A stretch of 64,000 nucleotides of DNA from Eledone cirrhosa (GCA_964016885.1 OZ024745.1:13826001-13890000), one strand, 5' to 3'. Shown: positions 29,301-44,487, counted from the first letter of the stretch. The notes: generated from the sequence alone by a model not told the origin. Program-made: numbers and translations.

Positions 29301-32300
29301 CTGGTGTCAGATAATGTATCTGGTCAGTTCAACTGTAACATTCACACATCTGGTCAGGCCAGCAATATTGACACATCTGGTCAGGCCAGCAACATTCACA
29401 CATCTGGTCAGGCCAGCAACATTCACACATCTGGCCATTTGCTCAATATGCTCCATTTTTGGCATGGTTTATGTAGCTGATGCCCTTCTTAAGGTCAACT
29501 AATTTACAGAGTTCGTTAGGCTCATTTTATTGTGACACTAGTCCTAGAAAGGTTGCCATGCTTTTGATGTGGTTAAAAGACCTTTCTGCCCTTTTTAGCT
29601 GGATGCCTTTCCTAATGTCTACTTCTTTACACAGTGTACATACACAGACATATACATATATATATATTTTAGAAAATGAGGTTTTTTTTCAAAATGAGTG
29701 AAAGTATAAGAGAAAAAAAAAGAAATTGAAAATGCAACTGGAGTCTTTTTAAGAATATTTATTTGTTCCTTTTACCGGTTTCACAGTTCTCACATCTGGT
29801 GCAAGAAAAACGACAAACCCTCCATCTCAATTCTACTTTTGAAAAGCTTAAGAATTGTGAAAACGGTAAAAGGAACAAATAAATATTCTTAAAAAGACTC
29901 CAGTTGCATTTTTGATTTCTTTTTTTTCCTTATATATATATTTTTTTTATTTTAAGATTTCCAGTGATTTAAAAATGGGAAATTTGAAATTATTTGCTTT
30001 AGAAATGAGTCACCAACTACAGGATCTTGAGTACAGCTTAAGTAAGTATCTTTAATTTTCGTTCTCTTTTCCAGAATGTTAGAAACGATTTTATGTAGTT
30101 ATGACTTTCTTTTTTTCTATTTTCTTAAGAGTTATTTAGCATTCCAAGTGAATCTAACTCCAGCATTTATACTTAATATCAACTATGAATAAATGAAAAA
30201 ATAAATCTCATCCATCATCCTCATAGTTGAGGGTCAGAGACCTCAGACATAACTGCCACACTTCTAACCATTCACTTTGTCTTCATGCTCTCTTCAGGAT
30301 GAGTGAGTTGGTGGATCCTCAGTTCTTTCTATTCCAATTTACTGTTGAGTTGATTCCCTTAGCCTTCACCTCTACACAGGTACTTGCAGGATGTACTTAT
30401 GCAAGGAATCATTATTATGTGTATGTATGTTTAGGGTGGTGGATTGGCATTATCGGTAGAGTATCAGACATGCTTTGCGGCATATATTTACATCCCTTTA
30501 TGTTATGAGTTCAAATCCTACTGTGGCTAGCTTTGCCTTTCATCCTTAAGGGGTTGATAAAATAAAGTACCAATAACAGTACTGAGCAGCAAACCTATCA
30601 AGTGCATGTCGGAGATCACCTTTCGACAAGTTATTTAGTACCATGTCAATCTACAAATTGAGCCATCTGATCCTACACCTGCCAGTCATGATACCACTTC
30701 CAGCCTGGCTGCACATGTCAATCCTGTTCATTAGATCACATTTCTTTACTATTCTTTCAGACTACTTAAATCAAAAGTCAGATGATTGTTCTGTTGTTAC
30801 AAGTGATACCACTGTTACCAATGTATCAGATACACCAACCATCACTGTACAGGGTCTCCAGTATCTCAGACAAGAAACTATCAATATTTTGGAAGCCTTA
30901 GAAGAATATAAGGTAAATTGAAACTTTTCCCTTTCAACATTATCATTATCATCATTAGTGTTTAACATCCGTCTATCATGCTAGCATGGGTTAGATGAGT
31001 TGTCTCATTGTGAGACAAGTCAGATCAGATGACCGTGTCTTGCTCATACAGAACTGTTTCTGGCTTGGTTTCTATGGTTGGATGCCCTTCTTAACGTCAA
31101 CCACATTTACAGTGTGAACTGGGTGCTTTTTATTGTGGCACCAATATGACCACTTTATAGGGTGGCCTGGGTGATTTTTGTTGTGTCTCCATCATGACCA
31201 CTTTATAGGGTGGCCTGGGTGATTTTTGTTGTGTCTCCATCATGACCACTTTATAGGGTGGCCTGGGTGATTTTTGTTGTGTCTCCATCATGACCACTTT
31301 ATAGGGTGGCCTGGGTGATTTTTGTTGTGTCTCCATCATGACCACCTTACATGGTGGAAAGGGTGCTCCTTTGTCATGTCACCAACATATATAGAAAAAC
31401 ACTGCTGTCATCTTTACACTTATTATGTCTTAGATGCCAGTATGTAGCCAGTGTTAAGGGGGTCATATCAATTTCATTTATTGTAATTATATTCACATAC
31501 AGTGACAACTGCTGAACTGTATCAATGGAACTAAAACAACAACAAAAACTATAATATTCATCATCATCGTTATTGTTTTAACGTCTGCTTTCTTTGCTAG
31601 CAAGGGTTGGACACGTCTACATATATCTGGAATTTATAAAAAAGGTCCTGAAATAAGTTCCTTGAAGTCTTGATTTTACAAACTTTTCTTCTCATGAGTT
31701 AAATTGTAACAGTTTCTTTTAGTACCAATATGTTCTAAAGTCTAGGGTCTGTCTCAAGCCCAGAGGCTGATAAGACCAGTGCATGAAGTGACTGACAGTA
31801 CATAACTCCCTCCTGGACATGATGCTAGTCCATCTCAGAGTTAAACTCCCAGCTGCTGCTGCTGGTACTCATTTCAATTGAGTATACTGGAGCTACATGA
31901 AATGAAGTGTTTTGCTCCAGAACACAACACACAACCCAGTCAGGGATCGAACCCACAACATTATGATTACCACTAGGCCATCCACCTCCATTGTGTTGCC
32001 CATTTGTAAGTTTTATAGTCTCTGTGTGATAGTTCATTATTTGATGTTTTTTCACAGTTACCCCAAAGTGTTTTTGGCATAGTGTTAAAAGGATTAACTG
32101 ATGTTTTGTGATTTTTTAATTGACAATGATGATGATGAATTCCTAATGAATTCCTGATGAATTATTATAACAAAATTTTTATCTGTTTTTATTCCAGCCT
32201 GAATTATTTACTGATTATTCTGTCTACAAATCTAAAGTTAACTTGAAATGTAATCCAACTTATAAAGATGTCAGCCATAGAGATGATGTGAGAGGAGAAG

Positions 32301-35300
32301 AACCAATAGCTTTAACAGAACAGACTAATACCAACAGTGATCACCTAACAGATCATCATAATGTCAATCATGATGCTGTTGTTGGGGATAATGAAAGCTG
32401 TAATGGCTCAAATATTGATAAAAAATATAAAATATCCAAAGACCTTTCGACAAATAATGTTGAACATGAAAAACATATCACCACTAACTCAACATCCAGT
32501 CACTCATTTCATCGAGGTCGCGTAAAATCTAAATATAAAGACTCTACTACCATAAATGAACAATATGTTGTTGTGAACAATGTTGACAGATCATTCTCTT
32601 GCTCTGATATTTCTTCTTTTGTTCATTTATCAAAAGAAACAAATAGTAGATCAGAAAGTTCTAGTCAATCATCAGAATCCGTCGTACCCTGCTCCAGTGA
32701 ATCTGAATTTTCTTTTGCATCTTCAAATTCTTTTCAGCATGATAATTCTTCTCAGGAAGACTCCACTTCAGTTATATTGGGTAAGTTTAACATTTATTAA
32801 TAAATTTCATCCAAATTTATACATGAATTGTGGAGTTTTATATCTTTTTTGCTGCTTCTACTTGCATGGGTTGGATGAGACATTTTGAAGAAGAATATTT
32901 CTATGATCAACACTCACCTGGATATTTTTTGTTTTTTACTTTGTTTTTGTTAATAAGCTATGGCCTAATGGTAAATGTGATAACTTATGATCATAATGTT
33001 ATGGATTTGATTCCTGAACTTAGTTGTTGTGTTCTTGAACAAAACACTTCATTTCACATTGCTCCAGTATATTCTTCATCCTGCCTCTTGGTCCTGGCTG
33101 ACAGGATGGAGAATACATTGCCCCAGAGGATGGTGAAGGAGACATGCTGGAACAGCTCTCCACCCCATGGGGCTCGCACCTGTGAGCAGCCAACTCCGCT
33201 TCACACAGCTATATATACAGCTATGAATTTAGATTATTCAAAAAAAGCAATGTTGAAGAGGTTGAAGGGGAATTTAATATAGATGGAGTCTTACTTGATT
33301 CACCAAATTAAATAATAGTATTTCTGTTGGTTTGGAAAAGATTCTATCACGAAATATGCAGATTCACAAAATCTGCATATGTATCCAACCTCAGCTTAGA
33401 AAATTGAGGATTTTGTTTTCTTTATTTTAATACTCTTTTTTGTTGTGACTTTTTAATGTAACTTTGGTTCTCAATTACTAATATTTTCACAATAATACCC
33501 ATTATTAACAACAAGATGGCATTTATTTCAACACTTAAACTTAGCCAGTGTTCTATTTTGTTACTGGGTGAGTATATCTGAGCTTTATGAGAAATTTATA
33601 GAAATTTACCATATATACTTGCATGGCATTAAGAAGGGCATCCAACCATAGAAACTAAGTCAGAAACAGTTCTGATCTGACTTGTCTCTCAACAGAACAA
33701 CTCGTCTAACCCATGCTGGTGTGGAAAAATGGACATTAAATGGTGATGATGATGATAAGTCAAACACTTTGGTGTTTATAACATTTTGACTTCATTATTT
33801 AATGGTGGCTTAGCAGAATTATTTGAGCATTAGAAATAATACTTTACAATGTTTGTTCTGGCTCTATACAATCTGAGTTCAAATTTTTCCCAAGTCAACT
33901 TTCCCTTTCATTCTTCTGGGATCAATAAAATTAAGCATTAAGCAAGTACTGAGGTTAATTTAATCAACGAAGCCCTACATAAATAAAAAAGAACTGCTAG
34001 TCTTGTGCCTAAATTATAAGTCATTATTTAACTCTTAATATGATGGCAGTGAATTGGCAGTATCGGTAGAGGGTCGGACGCCATGCTTTGACGCATAGAA
34101 TTACGGTCCTTGCCATTCTGAGTTCAAATCCTGCCGAGGTTAACTTTAACTCTTAATATCTTCTACTGCATAAAACCACATTAGCACAATATTCTTGAAA
34201 GGTACAAAAGAGAACTATGACTGCATCACATAAAAAAAATGAAGTCTTTACTTTAATACTGCAAATGTTTACAATGATCTGTCCACTAGCAAATACATTA
34301 TAGACATTTGAATTCACAAACTTTTTTTTAAATATTTTTGGCTAAACCATTACAGGATGTTAAGAGTTAATAGCTCAAACTCAAGAGCATGATTTGGTAA
34401 ATAAATTGCAACTTATCTATGTGTATATACAGTAATTTTCAATTTTTATCAAAGTATGTATTACTAGAAGGCTGGTAAAAATGTTATCTCTCTTATCTTA
34501 AGCTACTATAACCCCCCCCCCCCCCCCCCCCCCGACCACTTTAATAGGTTCTTACTAATACTTATAATACTTATTCTTGTTTGCCATTTAACAGACCAGA
34601 AATCTGAGAGAATTGGTCAACTACTTATCACTGATTACCCTTCCAACTACAAAGTAAGTATTTGTCTTCCTTCAGAAATAATCTTTACATTCCAGAGTTA
34701 CTCTAAGACAATATATTTCTAGAATTATTCATACAATATGTGTATGTATGTTAATTTGTTTTATAGATTACAACAACACAACAAACATTTTAAGGCATAA
34801 GTTTCCATCCATTCGAGGTCAATATAAAAAGTACCAGTCTTGTACTGATATCAATTCTTCCTCTATATCTCTTTCTTACTTCTATTCTCTCACTCTCTCT
34901 CATTCTCTGGAAGAAATCTGCTGTATTCAGACCTGGAGAGGAGATGGGTTTTGCCAGGTTGAAAAATGCCCTAGAAATGTTGTCTGTCAATATGGCTGCC
35001 ACAGGAGTTACAGGAACATACAATAGGATACATACTGACATAAGTGCTAATAATATACAAATTTGCTGATGCTACCACATTTTATGAGTTTATAAACCCA
35101 TTAGCTACGTATTACTGTGTGGTTGATCAATGATGTAGACATCTGATGAAACTCCAATTACAGTAAATGGCACTGGCACTTCACAGAGTGTACTGGGCAT
35201 ATTTTATTGTGACACCAGCACTACCACTTCACAGAGTGTACTGGGCATATTTTATTGTGGCACCAGCACTACCACTTCACAGAGTATACTTGGCATATTT

Positions 35301-38300
35301 TATTGTGGCACCAGCACTACCACTTCACAGGGTGTACTGGGCATATTTTATTGTGGCACCAGCACTACCACTTCAGAGTGTACTGGGCATATCTTATTGT
35401 GGCACCAGCACTACCACTTCAGAGTGTACTGGGCATATCTTATTGTGGCACCAGCACTACCACTTCAGAGTGTACTGGGCATATTTTATTGTGGCATCAG
35501 CACTACCACTTCAGAGTGTACTGGGCATATTTTATTGTGGCATCAGCACTACCACTTCAATAGGACTGTTTCTGTACTGGGTACATTTTATTGTGGTACT
35601 AACAGTTACAGGGTGTTGTGACTTTGGTAGGGCAACAGTAGACAGTAATGGGAGAGAGTAGACAATAGTATGATGGAGTAGGTACTGATAAGGGACCAGT
35701 GGTAGCTACATGTTTGTTACTAATAGAGAACAGAAGAGGTAGAGAGAGCAAGTGTTGGTGGTGGGTGTTGTTAGAAGTGGACTTGGTAAGGAGGTGTAAT
35801 GTCCAACTACACAATAGGAGTTGCTTGTTTACATGCCTATATATTAAAATAATAATAATTGTTTCTACTTTTTGGCACAAGGCCAGCAATTACCCAGTGC
35901 ATTACTGGTACTTTATTTTATCGACCCCGTAAGGATGAAAGGCAAAGTTAACCTCGGCGGGATTCGAACTCAGAATGGCAAGGGCCAAAACTCTATGCGT
36001 CAAAGCATAGCGTCCGACACTCTACCGATATTGCCATAATAATAATGAAAATTATTGTATACAGTGCTCAGGTGCACTACAACTCATCAAAGGTGTGTAT
36101 ATAGTACATAGAATAATGTACAATAGTCAAGAAAATGAACAGTGTATGAGTCATGAAATACACACACACACCACACATGTGTACGTGTGTATGGAGGGGA
36201 AATATCAGGTGTGATGTTGGGGAATTTCAGGAAGCATGGAAGTTTTCAAGGATCCAGTGTCTCGACATCTAACAACTGATGCAGATAGTTTGTTCCATCT
36301 TCAGCAACTCTGAGCATGAAAAAATGTTTCCAAAAGTCATGGGAACTGTACGTATTCAATGTCTATTTTATATATACATTCATACAATATCAGTTAATCT
36401 TGTATATATACAGATATATATATAAATATTGTTTTTTTCTTTACGCAGCCTAAATTATATAAACCCCCCAGTCGAAAACGGTTTGAATTTATGCTGCGTA
36501 AACTAGAATTGATGTGCCTCAATAGATATGATCAATGGAAACAATTAGAATTAATATACCAGGTAGGTTGATGTTGCTTAGTTTATTTCTTTTACGTTTT
36601 TTTGTTAATTTGTTTTTATCAAATAATATATATACAGAAATAACATTACATATTGCTCACAATTCTTTCAGAATAACATTACAGATATAATGTCATTGAT
36701 AAACACAAATATAAACACATATAATAAATACAATTAACGATTGCTAGGAACCTCACAAAAACAACAAAACACATGACCAGAGTAAGAGAAAGAAAGAAAA
36801 AAGGGGGAAGCAAAAAGAAACATAAATGACCAATTCACCACCAAGTGTGGCAATCAGCCGCACCCCATAAGGGTCAACAACGGAATATATTGAGGCAAGC
36901 CAATACACCATTACCACTATTACTTGTTATACTATTTCTACTTAACTTGAACCCTTTTGGTATCAAACAATCTGGAACTGTTCTTGGTTCTCATGATTCA
37001 CATCTACTTGTTTTAAAATGTTTATATCTAAAAAGATTGATTCCAACAATGGAAAGATCAATTAAAATATTCTTCCTTGGTCTGATTTGATGAATTCCAC
37101 TCTACTCGATAAGGAAATAAGGTTGAATCTTGTCGACCAATTCAATCAATTGGAAAATATCTAAAACCCTTCCATCATAATTTTATGTAAGAGCTTTTGT
37201 TAAGTTATGTTCCAAACTCCAACTTAAAAATGAGAAAGTTAGTTATATTATTATATCCCTCCAAATCTTTATTTTCAAAATTATTTGTTGGTCCCACAAC
37301 ATCCAGGCCGAAACAAATGAGATCGTGTAGGTGTCACGACAAAAAAACACACAGTCCACGCTGTAAATGTGGCCGTGTAGGCAACACGGTAAAAACCTCC
37401 CAGCCCCACACTGTAAATGTGGTTGGTGTTAGGAAGGGCATCCAGCTGTAGAAAACCCGCCAGACAGTCCACGCTGTAATGTGGCCGTGTAGGCAACACG
37501 GTAAAAACCTCCCAGCCCCACACTGTAAATGTGGTTGGTGTTAGGAAGGGCATCCAGCTGTAGAAAACCCGCCAGACAGTCCACGCTGTAATGTGGCCGT
37601 GTAGGCAACACGGTAAAAACCTCCCAGCCCCACACTGTAAATGTGGTTGGTGTTAGGAAGGGCATCCAACTGTAGAAAACCCGCCAGACAGTCCTATGCG
37701 AGCAAGACAACCACTCTTGCCTCAAGTGGGAAAACCCCCGTCCAAACCCATGCAAGCGTGGAACACGGACGCTAAACCTGATGATGATGATGATGATGAT
37801 GATTTGGCAATCATAAGTAATTAAACATATGTTAATGAAAGGTTGTAATTAAAAATATGTTAATGAAAGGTTGTAATTAAAAATATGTTAATGAAAGGTT
37901 GTGGCTATTTTATTTCAGTTGAGTTCCTTGTTAAATTGAACAAGGCAGAACTGCACAATGAAATATTTCAATATATGTTAGTTGATGTTTTTTAATTAAG
38001 TTCACCTGTGCCACCTTGTTCTCACTAATTATTCTTTGCAACAACAACAACCACAACAAACATTTTAACGTCATTTTCCCTGATAAAATGGGGCTGAGCT
38101 TTGTGGACTTCATAACAAGCTTCTCCATTTTAACCTATCTTCTACATTCCCCCTCATCAACCCTCTAGCTTCCACCCCCACCTCCCATCATCTTTAGCCA
38201 TGTCTCTTTAGGTTTCCCCCTTCCTTCATTTCTGTCCATATTCATTTTCACCACTCCTTTTACCCAACCACTTTCATCCTTCCTCAGCACATGACCTAGT

Positions 38301-39324
38301 CATCTCATTCCATTTCTTTTCACAACATTTATCATTAGCTCTATTTGTATCATCCTCTACAATTCATTGTTTATCTTCTTCGTCCTGAGCAATACTCCCC
38401 CTCATCTACTGAACCATTCTCACCCCCATACTTTCCATCTGTCTTCATCTTCATCATCCATGTCTCACTCCCATAAATAATCCCATTTCTCAGGTATGCA
38501 GCAAACACTAATTATTCCATAGTGCCATTGTTACCATCACCATTATCCACCACTGCTACCATCATCACCACCATTAACACCACCACTGTCACAATCACCA
38601 CCACCATCATCACCACCACTGCCACAATCATCACCACCACAGCCACAATCCTCACCACCACCACAGCCACCACTGCCACCATTACCATCCACCTCCACTG
38701 CCACCATCATCACCCCCCCCCCACACACACACATTCAACTCCATTTCCACAATCACCACTACTCAGCATTCTCACATACTTCAAATGATAATCTCATTCT
38801 TGTAAAATCTTAACATTCTCTTCTCAATGTCCATTTATATATATATATATATTTGTTTCTCTTCTATTCCAGTACTATAGCCAAGATTTAGCCATCTTGA
38901 AAATGCATCAATGGGAAAAGAATCTAACTGGTAAATTTCCTTATAATTATATTTAAAGCATGTTTGTGAAGTTGCTTGGCTTTTTTTAAATTCCTCCAAG
39001 CTAAATTCTGTGCTCAATCTTTTTTCCTGTAGGACTACATCTGAGTAATATTCTCTTGTTGGCCAGGCATGAATAATTTCAAACTGAATATTTACTGCTG
39101 CACTAATCTCATTTAGTCATCCCTATTTCCCGACCTTTCTTCCCAACAAACTTATAAAACTAGGAAAATGGAAATTATTACATTCATGTTTTTTCCTAAG
39201 GAAATTTATGATCTGAAAGAAATGAAAAGATTTGAATTATGTTTCAAAACTGTTGCAGACTCATTTAATTTTAGATACTTCCCAATACTCACTATGAATA
39301 TATATATATACATACATATGTATG

Positions 39325-39362
<38 letters not shown>

Positions 39363-42300
39363 GAGCAAGACACAGTCACCCAACCAATCTTGCCTCAAGT
39401 GGGACAAACCCGTCTAACCCATGCTACAGTGGAAGACAGACGTTAAACGATATATCATCATCATCATTTAACGTCTGTCTTCCACACTAGCCCATGCTAG
39501 TGTGGAAGACAGACGTTAAATGATGATGATGGGTTAGACAAGTTTGTCTCATTTGTATAGGACTGTTTCTGGCTGGTTTTCTGCCACTGGATGCCCTTCC
39601 TAGCGCCAACCACATTTACAGCGTGCTTTTTGCCATGTCTCAAACACAACCACTTATGCAGCAAAAATGTCTGTGAGAAGGAAGATAGAAAAAAGAGCTA
39701 ATTTACGATTTTTATTTATTTGTCATGATTCATGGACATAAGATGTATTGTGGTACCTTAGATTTCAATGCCTAGGTATGGCCACAACTGTACGCGGAGT
39801 TGTAACCATACCTAAGATAGTGTTATAAAATCTTACAGGTATCAATCATAATAATAAATGATATATATACATATATATATATATTAGGTATAGGATTACC
39901 CAAGATGTAGTAATGGTTAATTACTACACTGGATATGGTTGACGTACGGTGAGAGGTTACTCTACGAGTTATGGAAGAATTGTTGACGAACTTAGTTCCT
40001 GATCCTTCTGTATTCCGGAGTGTATATAAAGAATGAATAATAACAGGTAGACATCATAAAAAGGTAATTTATTCCGTGTGCTTACAAATGTTTCCACAGT
40101 GGTACTACAGCCTAGTTATGCTATGTGCTAATTTACAAGAATTTGCAGAACTCAAATATCCAATGCTGTGACCACTGTATCCTCAGAGCAGAATGGTAAA
40201 ATGTACAATGTAAATACCCTTAAGTGGGGTTGTTGGGAAAGATAGAGTAGAAAAGGAAGAGAGAAAAGTAGGGGAGAGGGAGAGAGAGAGAAAGATGTGC
40301 AGGGGTTGGAGAAGTAGGAGAGAGTGGTTTGTAGATATCTTAATCAAAATGTTATGGTAGGGGTTTTATTATACTGGTTACTTTTGGAGAGATGCGTTGA
40401 TAGTTAAGGTTGGAATTATTTATTGCCCCAGAGGGCAGGTTCATAGATGTGGAGAGGGAGGTAGGCCAAAGGCAAGAGAGAGAGAGTGTAATGGATGTAG
40501 AGACAGAGGCAGAGAGGGGACAGACGAAGTTTATGTGGTGAGTGAACTTTGGGTTTGTAGTAGTAATCTGTGAATTGCACTGAGTTACCATTTATAGTGA
40601 TAAACAGTGTATTGTCTTGTAGTGTGGGGGAAGAGAAGGTGGTTAGCTAGAAAGCGATGTTATAGTTACGGGTTCAAATGTTAAGTTATTTTATAGTGAG
40701 AGAATTTAGCTTTTAGTTTGTGGTTGCAGTATAATGATCGTTCAATTCTATCGTTAAGTAGTTTGTTTTTGGATTTTAATATGTAAAAGAGTTCAAGGTT
40801 ACATAACCTGCAGTATTTCAATCCACTCCGATATGCACTTGCGCTGGAAAGTATATCCCATTTTAAGGTGAACTGTTGGTTGCGTTCACGGAGTTGCCAG
40901 GTCTTGGCGAGCGTGGTCACAAAACGGTGCTTAGGATGTTTGATTGAGAATCGATGACGGTACCAGCGAGATTTAAACGAGGTGGTGGTAGATCCGATAT
41001 AATACCATTTCTGGTCGTTCGATTCAACCGTGCATTGGTAAACAATGTTGGACTTTAGGCATTCATTCTTCAATGGATATCTTTCAGGTAGATGGCAGTT
41101 ACATTCTTTGTTGTGGGTAGCGGGTATACCATGGATAGGTTGTGATAGCGGTACAGGTGGAATGTGTAATACCCGTCTCCCATTTAGTGGTTGGGAGGCA
41201 GATATTACGTTCTGCCCATCTGTTACTAAGATGTTTTGTTTTGTAGAGTTGTTTAATTGCCTTAAGTTAAGTTTTTTTATGTATGCTTCAAGGTTTGGTG
41301 CCGTGGAGTATGATAGTCTAATAGTTTTAGAGTTCAGAATTTTGCTGTATTTATGGGAACTAGGGAAATGTTTGTTGATTAACTTAAAGAATGAAAGAGA
41401 TAGTTTTGTACTAATCGAGGCATTAAAAATAGGATTGTACCAGATATACTTTCTACAACGTGATTTATTTAGTGGTGATTTTCTATTATTAGTATGTCTG
41501 GTAGTACTGTGTGTGTGCGCTTGTATTTTAGTCCCCCGGTTACGTATTCCTTAATTTCGTGTAGAGCTATGTGTGTTATGGAAATTCCTATCAATGTATT
41601 CTATTGTATCCCGGTGGTCGGCCTTCCTTAATGCATTATTGTAGTATTCAGCGTGTTCACTAAAAATATCAGAGTTAGACGATAGGCGAGAGATTCTAAG
41701 AGAAATACTCCGGGGAACTGATTTGATCATGGAGAGTGGGTGGTTTGAGTTAAAGTTAATATACGTAAGGTTCTCATTCATCTTGTGGAAGGGTCGTATC
41801 TGTCCGGTATATAAATTAAGAGTTACGTCCAGAAAGTTTACTACTTTAAGATTGTATTCGTATGTTATTTTTAGACCCAGTTCACTAAAAGATTTTCTAA
41901 TATTTTTCCGTAGCCTTTCAAGATTTTGGTTATTCATGTTATTAACTAATAAGAGCCCGTCATCTCTGTATATCCCCCCCTGTAGATTACTAAATTTACT
42001 ATGTAATATGTGGGCTATGTAAATTCCCACGAGATCCGTGACCTCCGCTGAGTCGTTGGAACCCATGGTAATGTCGAAATTTGTGGGTCTGTCCTTACGT
42101 TCCCAGTAGCAGTTATCAAACTTAATAATGGTTTTTCTAGCCTCGAGAATAATGTTAATTTCGTCCTCCGTTAGGTCGGAATTGACCCTAGCAAACGATA
42201 GGGCCTTACGTAAAGTGCTTGGTGAGATGGAAGAGTAGTATTCGTCTATGTCAAATTGTATAAAGTTTATACAATTTGACATAGACGAATACTACTCTTC

Positions 42301-44281
42301 CAGACGAATACTAAATTTAGTAATCTACAGGGGGGGATATACAGAGATGACGGGCTCTTATTAGTTAATAACTTGAATAACCAAAATCTTGAAAGGCTAC
42401 GGAAAAATATTAGAAAATCTTTTAGTGAACTGGGTCTAAAAATAACATACGAATACAATCTTAAAGTAGTAAACTTTCTGGACGTAACTCTTAATTTATA
42501 TACCGGACAGATACGACCCTTCCACAAGATGAATGAGAACCTTACGTATATTAACTTTAACTCAAACCACCCACTCTCCATGATCAAATCAGTTCCCCGG
42601 AGTATTTCTCTTAGAATCTCTCGCCTATCGTCTAACTCTGATATTTTTAGTGAACACGCTGAATACTACAATAATGCATTAAGGAAGGCTGACCACCGGG
42701 ATACAATAGAATACATTGATAGGAATTTCCATAACACACATAGCTCTACACAAAATTAAGGAATACGTAACCGGGGGACTAAAATACAAGCGCACACACA
42801 CAGTACTACCAGACATACTAATAATAGAAAATCACCACTAAATAAATCACGTTGTAGAAAGTATATCTGGTACAATCCTATTTTTAATGCCTCGATTATT
42901 ACAAAACTATCTCTTTCATTCTTTAAGTTAATCAACAAACATTTCCCTAGTTCCCATAAATACAGCAAAATTCTGAACTCTAAAACTATTAGACTATCAT
43001 ACTCCACGGCACCAAACCTTGAAGCATACATAAAAAAACTTAACTTAAGGCAATTAAACAACTCTACAAAACAAAACATTTTAGTAACAGATGGGCAGAA
43101 CGTAATATCTGCCTCCCAACCACTAAATGGGAGACGGGTATTACACATTCCACCTGTACCGCTATCACAACCTATCCATGGTATACCCGCTACCCACAAC
43201 AAAGAATGTAACTGCCATCTACCTGAAAGATATCCATTGAAGAATGAATGCCTAAAGTCCAACATTGTTTACCAATGCACGGTTGAATCGAACGACCAGA
43301 AATGGTATTATATCGGATCTACCACCACCTCGTTTAAATCTCGCTGGTACCGTCATCGATTCTCAATCAAACATGCTAATCACCGTTTTGTGACCACGCT
43401 CGCCAACAAGACCTGGCAACTCCGTGAACGCAACCAACAGTTCACCTTAAAATGGGATATACTTTCCAGCGCAAGTGCATATCGGAGTGGATTGAAATAC
43501 TGCAGGTTATGTAACCTTGAACTCTTTTACATATTAAAATCCAAAAACAAACTACTTAACGATAGAATTGAACGATCATTATACTGCAACCACAAACTAA
43601 AAGCTAAATTCTCTCACTATAAAATAACTTAACATTTGAACCCGTAACTATAACATCGCTTTCTAGCTAACCACCTTCTCTTCCCCCACACTACAAGACA
43701 ATACACTGTTTATCACTATAAATGGTAACTCAGTGCAATTCACAGATTACTACTACAAACCCAAAGTTCACTCACCACATAAACTTCGTCTGTCCCCTCT
43801 CTGCCTCTGTCTCTACATCCATTACACTCTCTCTCTCTTGCCTTTGGCCTACCTCCCTCTCCACATCTATGAACCTGCCCTCTGGGGCAATAAATAATTC
43901 CAACCTTAACTATCAACGCATCTCTCCAAAAGTAACCAGTATAATAAAACCCCTACCATAACATTTTGATTAAGATATCTACAAACCACTCTCTCCTACT
44001 TCTCCAACCCCTGCATACCTTTCTCTCTCTCTCCCTCTCCCCTACTTTTCTCTCTTCCTTTTCTACTCTATCTTCCCCAACAACCCCACTTAAGGGTATT
44101 TACATTGTACATTTTACCATTCTGCTCTGAGGAAACAGTGGTCACAGCATTGGATATTTGAGTTCTGCAAATTCTTGTAAATTTGCACATAGCATAACTA
44201 GGCTGTAGTACCACTGTGGAAACATTTGTAAGCACACAGAATAAATTACCTTTTTATGATGTCTACTTGTTATTATTCATT

Positions 44282-44336
<55 letters not shown>

Positions 44337-44415
44337 ATCATCATCATCATCGTTTTTACATCACTTTTTTCTATGCTTGCATGTATAAGCCAAACCTGTA
44401 AATAAGGCGTGTGTG

Positions 44416-44446
<31 letters not shown>

Positions 44447-44487
44447 TATATATATATATATTAGCGTGGAAGATGGACGTTAAACGA

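Noticed and set aside
34767-34793. Extra SMCR8 exon after exon 9
   Set aside because: The acceptor looks plausible but the required phase reaches TAA after 8 codons; exon 9 joins exon 10 cleanly.
41045-43265. 169-aa antisense ORFs in PLE1
   Set aside because: Shadow frames of the PLE coding strand, duplicated by the inversion.
43201-43632. Selenocysteine recoding as known for some Naiad PLEs
   Set aside because: Linker cysteines are TGT/TGC, the only in-frame stop is TAA, and I saw no SECIS-like AUGA/GA motif.
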